From the NCBI GenBank assembly GCA_965214835.1, contig CBDCCK010000002.1, positions 1,600,001-1,664,000 of the forward strand: DNA of 64,000 bases, written 5' to 3'. The translations under genes and the position numbers were made by a program. A model generated the notes under the pieces. It was not told the origin of the DNA. It saw only the letters and a program-made list of their open reading frames with translations, and did no database searches. Position 1 is the first letter of the stretch. Every line of letters begins with the position of its first letter. The stretch is from Nitrosopumilaceae archaeon. Lineage in GTDB: Archaea; Thermoproteota; Nitrososphaeria; Nitrososphaerales; Nitrosopumilaceae. This document shows positions 52,015 through 62,189 of the stretch, piece by piece.

Positions 52015-52445
52015 GATATGGGGGTCACCTACCCCCTAGATTATCTTGGCCACCTCGACCATTATGGACTTGCCCTGCATCCTCCACGTCGACGTGCATG
52101 TCGTGAACCATCCGTGCCTTTCCATCCAGACCAGGCCGCCCTTGATCTGGCCGCTTATCTTGCGGTACAGCACGACGGGACGCAGCGCCCGCTCTGCATA
52201 TCCATTACGAGGATGCAGAATACAGACTAGCCAGCGGTACAACACGACGGGGGCGAGTTCTCGTTCTCGTAGTACCTGAGCCTGCCGCCCTGCTCCCCGA
52301 TGGTCTTGTCCTTTTCATTGATGGTCTTGTTTAGCTGATCAATGGTCTTGTCACGCTCCTTGAGATCCTTCCTCAGACTCATCGTCTCCGAGGTTAATGC
52401 TGCAGATGCCTCGATCTTGCGATGTGTGGGGGGTTGGCCCTTCAT
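52015..52445 (-). pseudogene. Internally deleted IS66 transposase with a MITE-A-like end
   Basis: LRYYENENSPPS fused to NGYAERALRPVV.YRKISG; GGTCACCTACCCC at about 52023. Confidence 0.7.
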
Positions 52446-52479
52446 AATGCCTAGTCTACGCGATCATAGTATAAGGATC

Positions 52480-52572
52480 GTACGAGGTCACCTACCCCTA
52501 TCAATCAGGCACGAATTGGCATGTAGGGTTATGATTTTCACGCCTGGCCAGCAGGGGGAAGTGACCACATAC
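52480..52572 (-). mobile_element. MITE-A copy (right arm of putative composite)
   Basis: 93 bp; right flank CATGGAAT. Confidence 0.9.
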
Positions 52573-52580
52573 CATGGAAT

Positions 52581-53010
52581 TGGTGTGGGATCCGAATAGT
52601 TCACCCCCCATCTGACATGATACTCCTCCCCAGTCTGCCCATCTATGACCGTTTCGCCCGCAGGAGGCATCTTGCGCTCATATGCCTGCGCCAGCGTCTC
52701 CTGGTTCTCCCGGTCAAGGGACATGTGGGGCCTGTCGTAGTTGTACCATTTCGTGAACAGATCCACGGGATCGCTTGTTCTCATCATTATATCCTCAAAC
52801 TCGTGCAGCTTGCGCTGTATCTTGCCGTGCAGCCTCTCTACCTTGCCGTTTGTCTGCGGGTGGCGCACCCCGGCAAGAACCTGCCGTATGCCTAGGGCCT
52901 CCAGGCTGATCATTCCGACCAGCCTTGCGCCCTCCTCGGTAACCGGCAAGAACCTGCCGTATGCCTAGGGCCTCCAGGCTCTCCTCGAACCTGCTGCACC
53001 CCTTCCTTGC
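52581..53010 (-). pseudogene. IS481-like transposase remnant with a 38-bp internal duplication
   Basis: HPQTNGKVER, WYNYDRPHMSL. Confidence 0.75.
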
Positions 53011-53014
53011 ACCA

Positions 53015-53902
53015 TGCTTGCACATCAAGAGGAAGTTCGACGTGCAATACAGCAAGAGCGGCACGCGGCTACTGGCACGCAATCTTGGGTTCTCTTGGAA
53101 AAAGCCGAGGCCTAGGAACCCAAAGGCCGCCTCAAAGCACAGGCAGAACGAGTTCAAGGAGGCGGCGCAGAAGTTGATACGGGAAAAGACGGCGCAGGGT
53201 TACACGGTGCTGGCAGAGGACGAGTCCTCCGTCCAAAAGACCTCAGACAGCCCCAAACACGGGTGGGTCAGTCGCGGCATGAGCGTCACGGCGCCCCTGT
53301 CGCTGTCACGGCAGCGCCGGTACATGTTCAGCGTGCTGGCAGTCGGCACGTTCTACTTTATGCTCTATGGCAAGATCAACACCGGCAGCTTTTGCGACTT
53401 TTTAGAACGGGTGCACCAGAGGTACGGCAAGGTGCTGATATTCCTAGACAATGCGTCATACCACAAGTCCGGTGGCGTAAAGGAGACGCTGGAAAAGTAC
53501 GATGGCGAGATAATGCTAGAGTACCTGCTTCCGTACACGCCGGAGCTCAACCCAGTCGAGATACCGTACAGGGAGATAAAGCAGAGGCTGTCTGTCCGGA
53601 TATTTGACACGCTTGATGACATGGAGCGGTCAGTGCGAAGGCTGTTTGCCAAGTGCGAACTCCTTCCGATAAAGCTGTTCCAATACCTGATGGGCTGACC
53701 GCAGCAGCCTGTCGCGTTCTCCCCTGTGGGTCCCCCCCTGTACGCCTTGCGGAGGTGTGGATGCCTTGCATGGCAGGAATTTACCCTTTGATGCTACGAA
53801 TTCTGTCTGTTTTCTAGTGCATGTGAGTATGGTCTGCCTGATCTTAGATCTTTGGGCCAAAAACAGCTGTCAAAACAATCCGTTTTTTTATGTGTTGACT
53901 AC
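53015..53902. pseudogene. Rearranged IS630 fragments (C-half on + at 53015-53698; left end on - at 53698-53902)
   Basis: Paralogous to 24149-25287. Confidence 0.8.
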
Positions 53903-54001
53903 AGGGTACGGCTATACAAAGGGATTACAGAGGCGCCTGCCGTCTAGTCAAAACCGCACTCCAGACATTATCCGGGCGGGTCGACTGCGGGAGCGGCGCG
54001 A

Positions 54002-54307
54002 CTAGTCGCTAGGGCAGGTAAGCTCCCGCAGCTCGGCGTATTTTTTCTCCATTGCCTCGGCATGGACGGCCACCTGATCTAGGACAAAGCTGGACTTTGG
54101 GAAGAACCACCGGATCGCCACCCAGTGGCCGATTCCGTCCGCGTCATGGATCATGCCCTTGTCGGCATCGACGGCAAGCCTCTCGTCTACGGAGCGCTCA
54201 CGGACTTTGAGGCCCCTTTTGGTTCTGTCCTCAAGCACCAGATCGGTGTCGGACTCTTTGACATAGTAGAAACTGCCACTTTTTAGAATTGGAAGATCCA
54301 GCGACAA
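54002..54307 (-). CDS. Hypothetical protein co-transcribed with rhodanese
   Basis: 101-aa ORF starting 1 nt after the rhodanese stop. Confidence 0.7.
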   Translation of the reverse strand: MSLDLPILKSGSFYYVKESDTDLVLEDRTKRGLKVRERSVDERLAVDADKGMIHDADGIGHWVAIRWFFPKSSFVLDQVAVHAEAMEKKYAELRELTCPSD

Positions 54308-54308
54308 C

Positions 54309-55154
54309 TTACCTTTCTACGGGGTTGCCAATCATGTTGCCCCACTCGGTCCAAGAACCGTCATAGTTTCGAACCCTCGGGTATCCCAGGAGGTACTTTA
54401 GGACAAACCAAGAGTGGGACGACCTCTCGCCGATTCTGCAGTAGCAGATGACATCCTTGTCTGCTGTGACTCCCTTTGGCTCATAGTTTTGCCTCAGCTC
54501 CTCTACACCCTTGAACGTGCCATCTGCATCATTGACTGCGGTGGCCCACGGGATGTTGTTGGCGCCGGGGATGTGTCCTCCCCGCTGTGCGTGCTCCGTC
54601 GGATACTCTGGAGGGGCGGTGATCGAGCCGGTGAACTCTGCAGGGGATCTTACATCCACCATCACGGTATCGTCTTTTTCCAGTGCGCGCCTTGCATCGG
54701 CCAGATATGCACGAAGCCCCTCGTCTGGGGGCTGCGCCCGGTATTGTGAGGCCGGAATCTGCGGCTCCTCGGTCGTATACTCTTTATTTTCAAGCTCCCA
54801 TTTTTTTCTGCCGCCGTTCATAATCTTGATATTTTCATGCCCATAGTACTTGAAGACCCAAAAGACAAACGCGGCAAACCAGTTGTTAAAGTCCCCGTAA
54901 AGAACCACCTCGGTGTCGGGGGTAATCCCGTTTTTAGACATCAGTTTCTCAAACTGCCTTTTGCCTATGATGTCCCTGGTTACAGGGTCGTTGATGTCGC
55001 GCTTCCACCAGATCAGGCTTGCTCCCCTGATGTGGCCCCTGCGATATCCGTTTTCGGGGTCATAGTCGACCTCCACCATCCTCCTGTTATCGCCGGGGGG
55101 GTTCTGAGACACCCACTCGGTATCGACTAGTACCTCCGGATGTGCATAACTCAT
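54309..55154 (-). CDS. Thiosulfate sulfurtransferase (tandem rhodanese)
   Basis: GHIPGA, CYCRIGERSS, YDGSWTEWG. Confidence 0.93.
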   Translation of the reverse strand: MSYAHPEVLVDTEWVSQNPPGDNRRMVEVDYDPENGYRRGHIRGASLIWWKRDINDPVTRDIIGKRQFEKLMSKNGITPDTEVVLYGDFNNWFAAFVFWVFKYYGHENIKIMNGGRKKWELENKEYTTEEPQIPASQYRAQPPDEGLRAYLADARRALEKDDTVMVDVRSPAEFTGSITAPPEYPTEHAQRGGHIPGANNIPWATAVNDADGTFKGVEELRQNYEPKGVTADKDVICYCRIGERSSHSWFVLKYLLGYPRVRNYDGSWTEWGNMIGNPVER

Positions 55155-55198
55155 GCATACCAGATTTTCATTTCTATACTTAATTGTTTTTACAGGCA

Positions 55199-55381
55199 CA
55201 GCTAAGTGAAAAGTACCCAGGATGAAATCAACAGGAAGCTGAAACAGCGCTATAAAATCCTGGCATGTCCTGTACCCCAGCGTGGTGATGCCTGCAGCAT
55301 GTATGGAGGGCATGACGGCTTATCTCAGGGAGCCCAAACCCCCTCCATGACGTCAGATCCGGGATACTTTTCACTTGGCTG
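55199..55381. mobile_element. MITE-G (ISH3-type, 183 bp)
   Basis: TIR CAGCTAAGTGAAAAGTA / TACTTTTCACTTGGCTG; 5-bp TSD AGGCA. Confidence 0.88.
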
Positions 55382-55432
55382 AGGCAATGGCAAAAATATG
55401 ATTTTTATGCCAAGGGAGAGTAGGAAAAACGC

Positions 55433-56248
55433 TTGAAATTAGGCAGGGTTGCAATAGTAAGCAAGGTAGGCTCCAAAGAGTCCGAAGAGGCCGCAGTAAG
55501 CGTTGCCAAGAAATTCCTAAAAAACAGGAGCAGGGTCTTTACGATATCCCCGGTTTCAGTCACGGGGGCCAGCAGGGTAGACTCCCTGGACGAGCTCAAA
55601 AAGGAAAAACTGGATCTTGCAGTCACGCTCGGCGGAGACGGGACCACGCTTAGGACGTTCAGACAGCTGGAAAACGACACGCCGATTCTTACGATCAACG
55701 TGGGCGGAAACAGGGGGATTCTGGCAGAGATCACGCTAGACGAGATCGACTCGGCAATAAGGCAGATCAAGGCCGGAAAGATAATACTAGAGAAAAGAAC
55801 CCGCGTCGCGGCCTCATGCAACGGCAAGGAGTTTCCCCCCGCACTAAATGAGATCTATATCAGCAGGCAGAACATGACAAAGACCTCAGAAATCGAGATC
55901 AAGTTCCAAAACGATACGGTGAGGCAGAAAATGGACGGGGTGATCATCTCCACCCCCAGCGGCTCGACGGGGCACTCGTTCTCACTCGGGGGGCCGATAC
56001 TGCACGAGAGTCTTGACGTGCTCATAATCACGCCCGTCGCCCCGGTATACAGGCTGGCATCGCTTGTTGTGCCCGACGAAAAAATCGAGATCCAGTGCTC
56101 CCACGACAGCAACATCGTAATGGATGCGCAGGTAGTAAAGTCGGCAGGCTTTGAGGACGGCATTACAATCAAAAAGTACAAGAGGCCGGCAGTCTTTGTC
56201 CGGCTAAAAAAGCGGGGACTGAGGCAGATGAGCAAGCTTGGATTCTAA
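55433..56248 (+). CDS. nadK: NAD kinase
   Basis: GGDGT, ALNE, DG..ISTPSGSTG.S.SLGGP. Confidence 0.93.
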   Translation: MKLGRVAIVSKVGSKESEEAAVSVAKKFLKNRSRVFTISPVSVTGASRVDSLDELKKEKLDLAVTLGGDGTTLRTFRQLENDTPILTINVGGNRGILAEITLDEIDSAIRQIKAGKIILEKRTRVAASCNGKEFPPALNEIYISRQNMTKTSEIEIKFQNDTVRQKMDGVIISTPSGSTGHSFSLGGPILHESLDVLIITPVAPVYRLASLVVPDEKIEIQCSHDSNIVMDAQVVKSAGFEDGITIKKYKRPAVFVRLKKRGLRQMSKLGF

Positions 56249-56720
56249 GGTTCTGGATGCCAGCGCGTTTTATGCGGGGGTTCCCTTCGGGGCAGACGAC
56301 AGATGGTATACGACCCCGCTGGTCTTCGAGGAGGTCAGCCACATCAAGAAAAACCAGGACGTATTGTACACGATGATCGAGGCAGGCAGGCTGCAGGTCA
56401 GGGAGCCCGGGGAGGAGTCAAGCGCCAGGGCGACAGAGGGCTCAAAGAGAACGGGGGACTTCCAGCAGCTGTCAAGGCAGGACATCTCGGTTCTGGCGCT
56501 GGCGCTGGAGATGGGAGCCCAGATAGTCACGGACGACTTTGCGGTCTCAAACGTGGCAAAATCGCTCGGGATTGCGGCCCTGCCCGTCATGACGGGCGGG
56601 ATCAGGTACGAGGGCACGTGGATTCACTACTGCCCGGGATGCAAAAGGAACTTCAGGAACCAAAAGGAATGCCCGCTGTGCGGCACAAGCCTGAGGCGAA
56701 AGCTAGTCAGGAAGGGCTAG
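56238..56720 (+). CDS. nob1: Nob1 pre-rRNA endonuclease
   Basis: PIN domain VLDAS...LS..D...TDD plus CPGC/CPLCG ribbon. Confidence 0.9.
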   Translation: MDSKVLDASAFYAGVPFGADDRWYTTPLVFEEVSHIKKNQDVLYTMIEAGRLQVREPGEESSARATEGSKRTGDFQQLSRQDISVLALALEMGAQIVTDDFAVSNVAKSLGIAALPVMTGGIRYEGTWIHYCPGCKRNFRNQKECPLCGTSLRRKLVRKG

Positions 56721-57400
56721 CCATGGAGGGTCTTTTGGCCCGATGCCTTGTAGTGCCTGCTTTTTGAGCCCAGCATCCTCTTGATTTTTTTTGCACGCTG
56801 GCCTCCCAGTCCCTCGACCTTGGCAAGATCGGCTGCCGTCGAGGTCATCACGCCCCTCGGGGTTCCGAACTTTTCCAGCAGCCTAACTGCCAGCTTCTCG
56901 CCGACGCCGGGAAGGCTGGCCAGAAGGGAGAGCTGCTGCTGCTGCAGGTCGGAGGATTTTTTTATCTTTTTGATAAAGGGCCCCCTTGCAGAGGCCCTCT
57001 TTGAGCACATCGAGACTAGGAGCTTTGCAGTGTGCGAGGCGCTAGGCGTCGGGACTATGGGTATCTTAAAGTCAAGCGCGACAGTTGAGACTGCGCCATA
57101 AAATATCAGGGAGTTCTCAGTCAGGTCTTCGATCTCCTCAACATTTCCCTCCATCAGGATTACCGGGTGCCCAAAGTGCTCCCTGAGCCTGCTGCACTGA
57201 TCAAACAGCCTGCCGTCAAACACGGAGGAGAGCAGGTCCCGGATGCTTTTTCGCTCCACCACGGTCTCCGGGCCCACGATATAATCGCCGACGGGGAGGG
57301 TTTTGATCTCCATGCGCAGGCCGACTGAGCGCAGCAGGTCAGGAATGCCGCTCTTCTTTTCACGCTCGTCTACAACAATGCGGAGATCCCTCAGGTTCAC
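56717..57400 (-). CDS. xpf: XPF/ERCC4 nuclease with HhH motifs
   Basis: VDERE, GDY, VERK, LPGVG, VEGLG. Confidence 0.9.
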   Translation of the reverse strand: MNLRDLRIVVDEREKKSGIPDLLRSVGLRMEIKTLPVGDYIVGPETVVERKSIRDLLSSVFDGRLFDQCSRLREHFGHPVILMEGNVEEIEDLTENSLIFYGAVSTVALDFKIPIVPTPSASHTAKLLVSMCSKRASARGPFIKKIKKSSDLQQQQLSLLASLPGVGEKLAVRLLEKFGTPRGVMTSTAADLAKVEGLGGQRAKKIKRMLGSKSRHYKASGQKTLHG

Positions 57401-57439
57401 AATTAGGCCTGCTCTTGTCTGCTAATATCTTGTTTGCGC

Positions 57440-57820
57440 CTAGTCCTTGGGCTGGTGCTGGCCCTGGTTTGCGGCACTGCCCATCATCTCCTTGAGCTTG
57501 GCCTCGTACCCGCGCAGGCTTTCTTGCACCCTGGCCTCCTGCTTTTGCAGGACGGTCGTCCTGGTCTTTGCCAGCTCCTTTTTCTCCTCCAATTCGGAGA
57601 CAAGGGAGTCCCTTGTGGATCTTATCAGGACGGAGCCTGCATGCTTGTATACTGCGTCCCCGTCCCCGGCTTTTTTCAGCTCTTCTAGGGCCTTGTCGGT
57701 CTCGATCCTCTCGATTTCAAGCTGCTGCTTTTGGGCCATGATTGACTGCATGTTCTGCTGGGCCTGCTGAAGCCTCATCAGCTGCTCTTGCACCTGCGGC
57801 GGAAGCTGCGGGGTCGACAT
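57440..57820 (-). CDS. pfdB: Prefoldin beta subunit
   Basis: Coiled coils flanking VYKHAGSVLI. Confidence 0.92.
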   Translation of the reverse strand: MSTPQLPPQVQEQLMRLQQAQQNMQSIMAQKQQLEIERIETDKALEELKKAGDGDAVYKHAGSVLIRSTRDSLVSELEEKKELAKTRTTVLQKQEARVQESLRGYEAKLKEMMGSAANQGQHQPKD

Positions 57821-57842
57821 GCTTCGTTCAGGCCAGGTTTTC

Positions 57843-58088
57843 TTATATCTTTACCGATTCGATGGTGTCATTGCACGCCTGAATCAGGCGGAGCGTGGAG
57901 TTCAGGTTGGCGCGCAGGTGCGGAAGGTGCTCGGACTCTATCTCTATGCACATGGTCTCGTGCAGGCTCATTTTGGTCCGGGTGGGATGTTCGGGATGGT
58001 ACTCGTTGTCTGTGCTCATCGAGTCAAAGATTGCCTTTGTATTGTCCCCGGCATCAACTGTGATCTTTGCATCAAACCTTGACGTCAT
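57843..58088 (-). CDS. pcc1: KEOPS subunit Pcc1
   Basis: LRANLNSTLRLI; superoperon position. Confidence 0.85.
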   Translation of the reverse strand: MTSRFDAKITVDAGDNTKAIFDSMSTDNEYHPEHPTRTKMSLHETMCIEIESEHLPHLRANLNSTLRLIQACNDTIESVKI

Positions 58089-58281
58089 ATGCCGTTCCAG
58101 CTATCTTAAAGCCGCACTTTTTGCAGGAAAATATCCCAATAACATCGCGGCCAAAGGACTTGGAGCCGCATTCCGGACAGGTGCGTTCTGCCTTTAGGGT
58201 CCTGTGAACCTTGGTGTACTGCTTCCGGATTTTGATTCCGTACCTGGCGCCTAGGCCCTTGAGTGATTTCTTTTTTGCCAT
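58072..58281 (-). CDS. rpl37ae: 50S ribosomal protein eL43 (L37ae)
   Basis: GARYG, CPEC, CKKC. Confidence 0.93.
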   Translation of the reverse strand: MAKKKSLKGLGARYGIKIRKQYTKVHRTLKAERTCPECGSKSFGRDVIGIFSCKKCGFKIAGTAYDVKV

Positions 58282-58286
58282 TCCGG

Positions 58287-59093
58287 TCACTTGACCTGCT
58301 TGATGGTTTCCCTTACCTTCTTGCCTGCCTCAACTGCAATCCTGCCGGCCTTTTTGACATCCTCGAGGGTAAGCCCGTCATGACCGCCCTTTTGCAGGGC
58401 GCAGATGTTGCCCTCAGAGTCGGTGGTAATCGTGATTCGGGCGTCCATGCAGTCCCACTCATCGGCGTTTGGATCCACTATGAGGTGCCCCCCAATTTTT
58501 GCCATGGTGATTGAAACTGGGACGGTCGTCGTCGGAACGTCCTGGCTGACCCCCTCCACAAGGGTCGGCACGCCGTCCCTCATCTCCCATTTCGGGGACT
58601 TTGCAGTCAAAAGGGCCGCAGTTGTCGCATAAGAGCAGGCATCAAAGAGATTCCCGTCGTAATCCACTACGGTGTTGTCGGCAAACACGCCGACCACGGA
58701 GACGTCCTTTTCAATTACCAGCTGCGATGTGTCTACCATGTGGGACTCTCTGATGCCCCTGTCCACTACTCTGGCCAGCTCGATTACTGCCTCGCCGGGT
58801 GGGCCGGTCTCTACGCTTGGATGTGACAGGGGCAGCAGCTCTGCGGTACATATGAAGACGCCCTTGTCACCCATGTCTGGAAACGGCTTGTCCGGCTGGA
58901 TTTTTACTCCACAGATGACCTCAGAATCGCCCAGCCTGACCCTTGCCGAGCCCTCCGCCTTTGGAATGACGTTTGCCTCAATCACAATCGCACGCATTTC
59001 ATCTAGTGCGCGTCCGTCAGCCCTCTGGCCCTTTTCCAGCAGATCCATGATACGCTGTCTTTTCAGGTCGTCGATGACAGGTGAGGATGTCAT
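58287..59093 (-). CDS. rrp42: Exosome subunit Rrp42
   Basis: R.DGR, AEGSA.V.LG, ELARVVDRGIRES, DGN..DA. Confidence 0.95.
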   Translation of the reverse strand: MTSSPVIDDLKRQRIMDLLEKGQRADGRALDEMRAIVIEANVIPKAEGSARVRLGDSEVICGVKIQPDKPFPDMGDKGVFICTAELLPLSHPSVETGPPGEAVIELARVVDRGIRESHMVDTSQLVIEKDVSVVGVFADNTVVDYDGNLFDACSYATTAALLTAKSPKWEMRDGVPTLVEGVSQDVPTTTVPVSITMAKIGGHLIVDPNADEWDCMDARITITTDSEGNICALQKGGHDGLTLEDVKKAGRIAVEAGKKVRETIKQVK

Positions 59094-59830
59094 TGCGAGC
59101 CCTCACCGTTTGTAAAGAACCTGTCACGCAGTGCCTTTTTTTGTATTTCATAGACCTGCAGGCAGCCGTCAATTGCGGTCTCTATGCACTTTTCATATTC
59201 TGCGGGGCCAAGAACGCCGTCAAGCTGCATCAGGGTGATTTTTCCCAGGTTCGGCATATATCCCACCGGCATGTCTGCCTGACCTGCCTGATCCTCTTCG
59301 TTGTTTACATCCAAAACAATGGTATCTGCAACCTTTCCTGCCGCACACGCGCAGACCATGTCGCGCATGGGAATTCCGGCGTCTGCCAGCGCCACTGCCG
59401 CCGCATCTAGGGCCGCGCAGCGCGAGCCGCCGTCGGCCTGCAGGACCTCTATGTAGACGTCAACTGCAGTACGTGGGAACTTGTCTAGCATGACTGCAGG
59501 CGCCAAGGCCTCCTTGATGACCTTGGAGATTTCGATCTCCCTGCGCGAGGGGGCCGGGTTCTTTCTTTCAGTGACCGAGAACGGCTCCATGTGATACCTG
59601 CATCTGAGGATTCCGGTGTCGGTGTTTGCCATGTGTTTTGGATGCACGTCGCGCGGGCCAAACACCCCCGCCAGGATTTTGTTGTCGCCAAACTCAATGT
59701 ATGCAGAGCCGTCTGCATTTTTCAAGACGCCTGCCTTGATTGTAACCCTTCTTGGCTCGCCTACCTTGCGTCCATCACAGCGAATTCCATTCTCATCTAA
59801 TAGCACTACGTCTGTGTCTCGTCCACCCAC
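59090..59830 (-). CDS. rrp41: Exosome subunit Rrp41
   Basis: ADGSAY, PSRREIEISK, QADGGSR, EED...ADMP. Confidence 0.95.
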   Translation of the reverse strand: MGGRDTDVVLLDENGIRCDGRKVGEPRRVTIKAGVLKNADGSAYIEFGDNKILAGVFGPRDVHPKHMANTDTGILRCRYHMEPFSVTERKNPAPSRREIEISKVIKEALAPAVMLDKFPRTAVDVYIEVLQADGGSRCAALDAAAVALADAGIPMRDMVCACAAGKVADTIVLDVNNEEDQAGQADMPVGYMPNLGKITLMQLDGVLGPAEYEKCIETAIDGCLQVYEIQKKALRDRFFTNGEGSQ

Positions 59831-60513
59831 TAGGATTCACCCTTTGATTCTAACATTTCTTTCACTTTGTCGGTAAGATTTGCAAGGTGTGCCTGCCCGT
59901 CTACCATCTCAATGGCCTTTTTGGCCTTTAATAACCCATTTGGATCCTCGCCGGCAACTACCACCCATCCATTCTGGCCTATTGTGACCCCGACATCGGT
60001 GGCCTCCTCAATGGCCTGGATCATGGTTCCCCTCTTTCCAATAAGTCTGGGAACCTTGCTTGGGGATATTGCAATCAGCTCGCCAGAGTCAATTCGTCCC
60101 AGATCCCTGTCTGCAATGGTCACAAGCGGATCCCGCGTCCTGTCAAAGTTTGCAATGCGTGCGGCGACCAGATCGCCGGCGGTTAGCTTTGTGGCCAACT
60201 CGTCTGCATGGGCAGAAAAGTCGCGGCCAAACACGTCCTGTGCTGGCAGGAACCCCACATAGGCAGAATTGATGTCAAGCTCCCACGACAGGGAGGTGTG
60301 GGATATGACCTTGCCAATTACCAGATCGTTGATTTTAGGAAAGTACTTTCCCGTCAACGGAATGACCTTGACGCCGTCGTCATAGATCTCCGAAATCCCG
60401 ACTGCGGTGGCCACTATTTTGTCCCCTATCAGGGTAACGTTTTGCTCTGGCCTGTACGGGCCGGCGGTGATTACGTCCCCGGGGATGACGTACTTTCTTT
60501 TTGTGTTCTCCAT
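59830..60513 (-). CDS. rrp4: Exosome RNA-binding subunit Rrp4
   Basis: S1 + KH domains (KVPRLIGKRG). Confidence 0.93.
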   Translation of the reverse strand: MENTKRKYVIPGDVITAGPYRPEQNVTLIGDKIVATAVGISEIYDDGVKVIPLTGKYFPKINDLVIGKVISHTSLSWELDINSAYVGFLPAQDVFGRDFSAHADELATKLTAGDLVAARIANFDRTRDPLVTIADRDLGRIDSGELIAISPSKVPRLIGKRGTMIQAIEEATDVGVTIGQNGWVVVAGEDPNGLLKAKKAIEMVDGQAHLANLTDKVKEMLESKGES

Positions 60514-61199
60514 TACTGCTGCACCTCCACCGTGGCGGTGCCCTTTGTAATGGATCCTAGCCTATCGATCACAGTTGGTCTTGCAGCTGCCGGTATTTCT
60601 AGTATTGCTTTGAGGGAGCCATTTGCCTGCCATTCCTCTTTTTTAAGCGACCCCACAGACTTTAGAACAGAATAGGACTGTGCTGCAAACTGTGCCGGAA
60701 CGACAATCTCAAGGGACAGGTTTTCTGACTTTAACGGGATTATGGAACGGAGTTTGTCAACCAAGTCCTTGACCTGCTCGTCGACGGATCTTTGGGGATC
60801 AACGGAGACGCGCGCATCCTTCATCGCCTGCTCAATCCTGAGGGGGGGATGCGGAAGGTGGGATCTGGGATCAACGTAGGTTTTGGCTACAAATTCCACG
60901 ATCTGCTTTCTTTTCTCCTCTGTCATCTTTCGCCGCTGATCAGTAGTAAGATTGAGATCCCCCTTTTGCATGATTTTCTCAGCTACTGCAGTCGGGTCGT
61001 CGGTCTGAAACGCCTTGAGGAGCTTTTCAGTTGACGCCCTCGTCCCCTTTCCAGAGTCACTGTAGATCTCATCGGAAACCAGTACGGCCGAGACGTCTTT
61101 TTTCCTGCCAAGCTTGTATTCCAGGGCAGGGTCGGGCTTTACAAGGATTTCAAACCTTTCTCCCTCAAATGAGTAGCGCACTACGGTTACATCTGCCAT
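60513..61199 (-). CDS. Ribosome assembly factor SBDS
   Basis: FEILV, LTTDQRR, PHPPLRIEQA. Confidence 0.93.
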   Translation of the reverse strand: MADVTVVRYSFEGERFEILVKPDPALEYKLGRKKDVSAVLVSDEIYSDSGKGTRASTEKLLKAFQTDDPTAVAEKIMQKGDLNLTTDQRRKMTEEKRKQIVEFVAKTYVDPRSHLPHPPLRIEQAMKDARVSVDPQRSVDEQVKDLVDKLRSIIPLKSENLSLEIVVPAQFAAQSYSVLKSVGSLKKEEWQANGSLKAILEIPAAARPTVIDRLGSITKGTATVEVQQ

Positions 61200-61286
61200 G
61201 ATGACAGTTGTATAGCAGCTTGGTATTTATCTATGCGCAAAATCACGTTAGACTTTTATGGGGACTTTGGAGATTTTCGGTGAGAT

Positions 61287-61925
61287 TTGTCCTCCCTAGA
61301 GATTATTGACAAGGATGAGCAAAAACTGTCCGTCAAGCTAAAAGACATTCCGCTGCAATATGCAAATGCAATCAGGCGTATTTGCCTAAACGGGGTTCCT
61401 GTATTTGCAATCGATACGGTGGATATCATCGAGAACTCCTCGGTTTTGGCCGATGAGGGACTGGCCCACAGGCTGGCCCTTGTTCCGCTAAGGACGGATC
61501 TGTCAGGATATGTCGAGCCCTCAAAGTGCGACTGCAAGAGTGAGACTGGGTGCTCTAATTGCAGGGTGATGCTAGTCTTAGACTCCGGGGACACGGATGC
61601 AACGAGGACTGTTCTGTCCGGCGAGCTGACATCAGAGGACGAGGCCGTCAGGCCGACCTCTGGAAAAATTCCGGTTGTAGATCTGGCCCCAGGCCAAAGG
61701 GTCAAGGTCGAGGCATATGCAAGACTTGGGAGGGGATCAGAACATGCAAAATGGAATTCTGCAAATGTCGCAACGTTGACGGAGACGGGCAAGGAAAACG
61801 AGCGAGTCCTCACGGTTGAGACTACCGGCGCATTAAGACCAGAGCAGATTGTCTTGTCGGCACTGACAGAGCTCTCGCACAGACTCAAAGACTTCAGGGC
61901 GACCATGGAACAAGTCAGCACATAA
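61287..61925 (+). CDS. rpoD: RNA polymerase subunit D (Rpo3)
   Basis: ANAIRR, ENSS..ADE.LAHRLALVP, EHAKW. Confidence 0.93.
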   Translation: MSSLEIIDKDEQKLSVKLKDIPLQYANAIRRICLNGVPVFAIDTVDIIENSSVLADEGLAHRLALVPLRTDLSGYVEPSKCDCKSETGCSNCRVMLVLDSGDTDATRTVLSGELTSEDEAVRPTSGKIPVVDLAPGQRVKVEAYARLGRGSEHAKWNSANVATLTETGKENERVLTVETTGALRPEQIVLSALTELSHRLKDFRATMEQVST

Positions 61926-61965
61926 CCTGCAACGAACATTCTGTTGCATAGCTCCAACTAGAGTC

Positions 61966-62125
61966 TAGTCGATCCGCCCGGATCATGACCGGCGTGCGTT
62001 CCTACACGGCAGCTACCTTTGCAACCCACTGGTTGTACGTACACATCTTCAGATTTACCTCCTGCGCCATATTGAGCCACTTGCGATTCAGGTTTCTCAG
62101 GCGATAAAACTCCGCGTAATAGGAT
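61966..62125 (-). pseudogene. IS5-like transposase 3' remnant; related end at about 53905-53986
   Basis: AQEVNLKMCTYN; shared TCGA(T/C)CCGCCCGGAT end sequence. Confidence 0.5.
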
Positions 62126-62189
62126 AGCCCCTGCCTAGTTAATTTTTCGTGACCGTCTGATCTATAAACTATCAATACCAAGAAAATAC

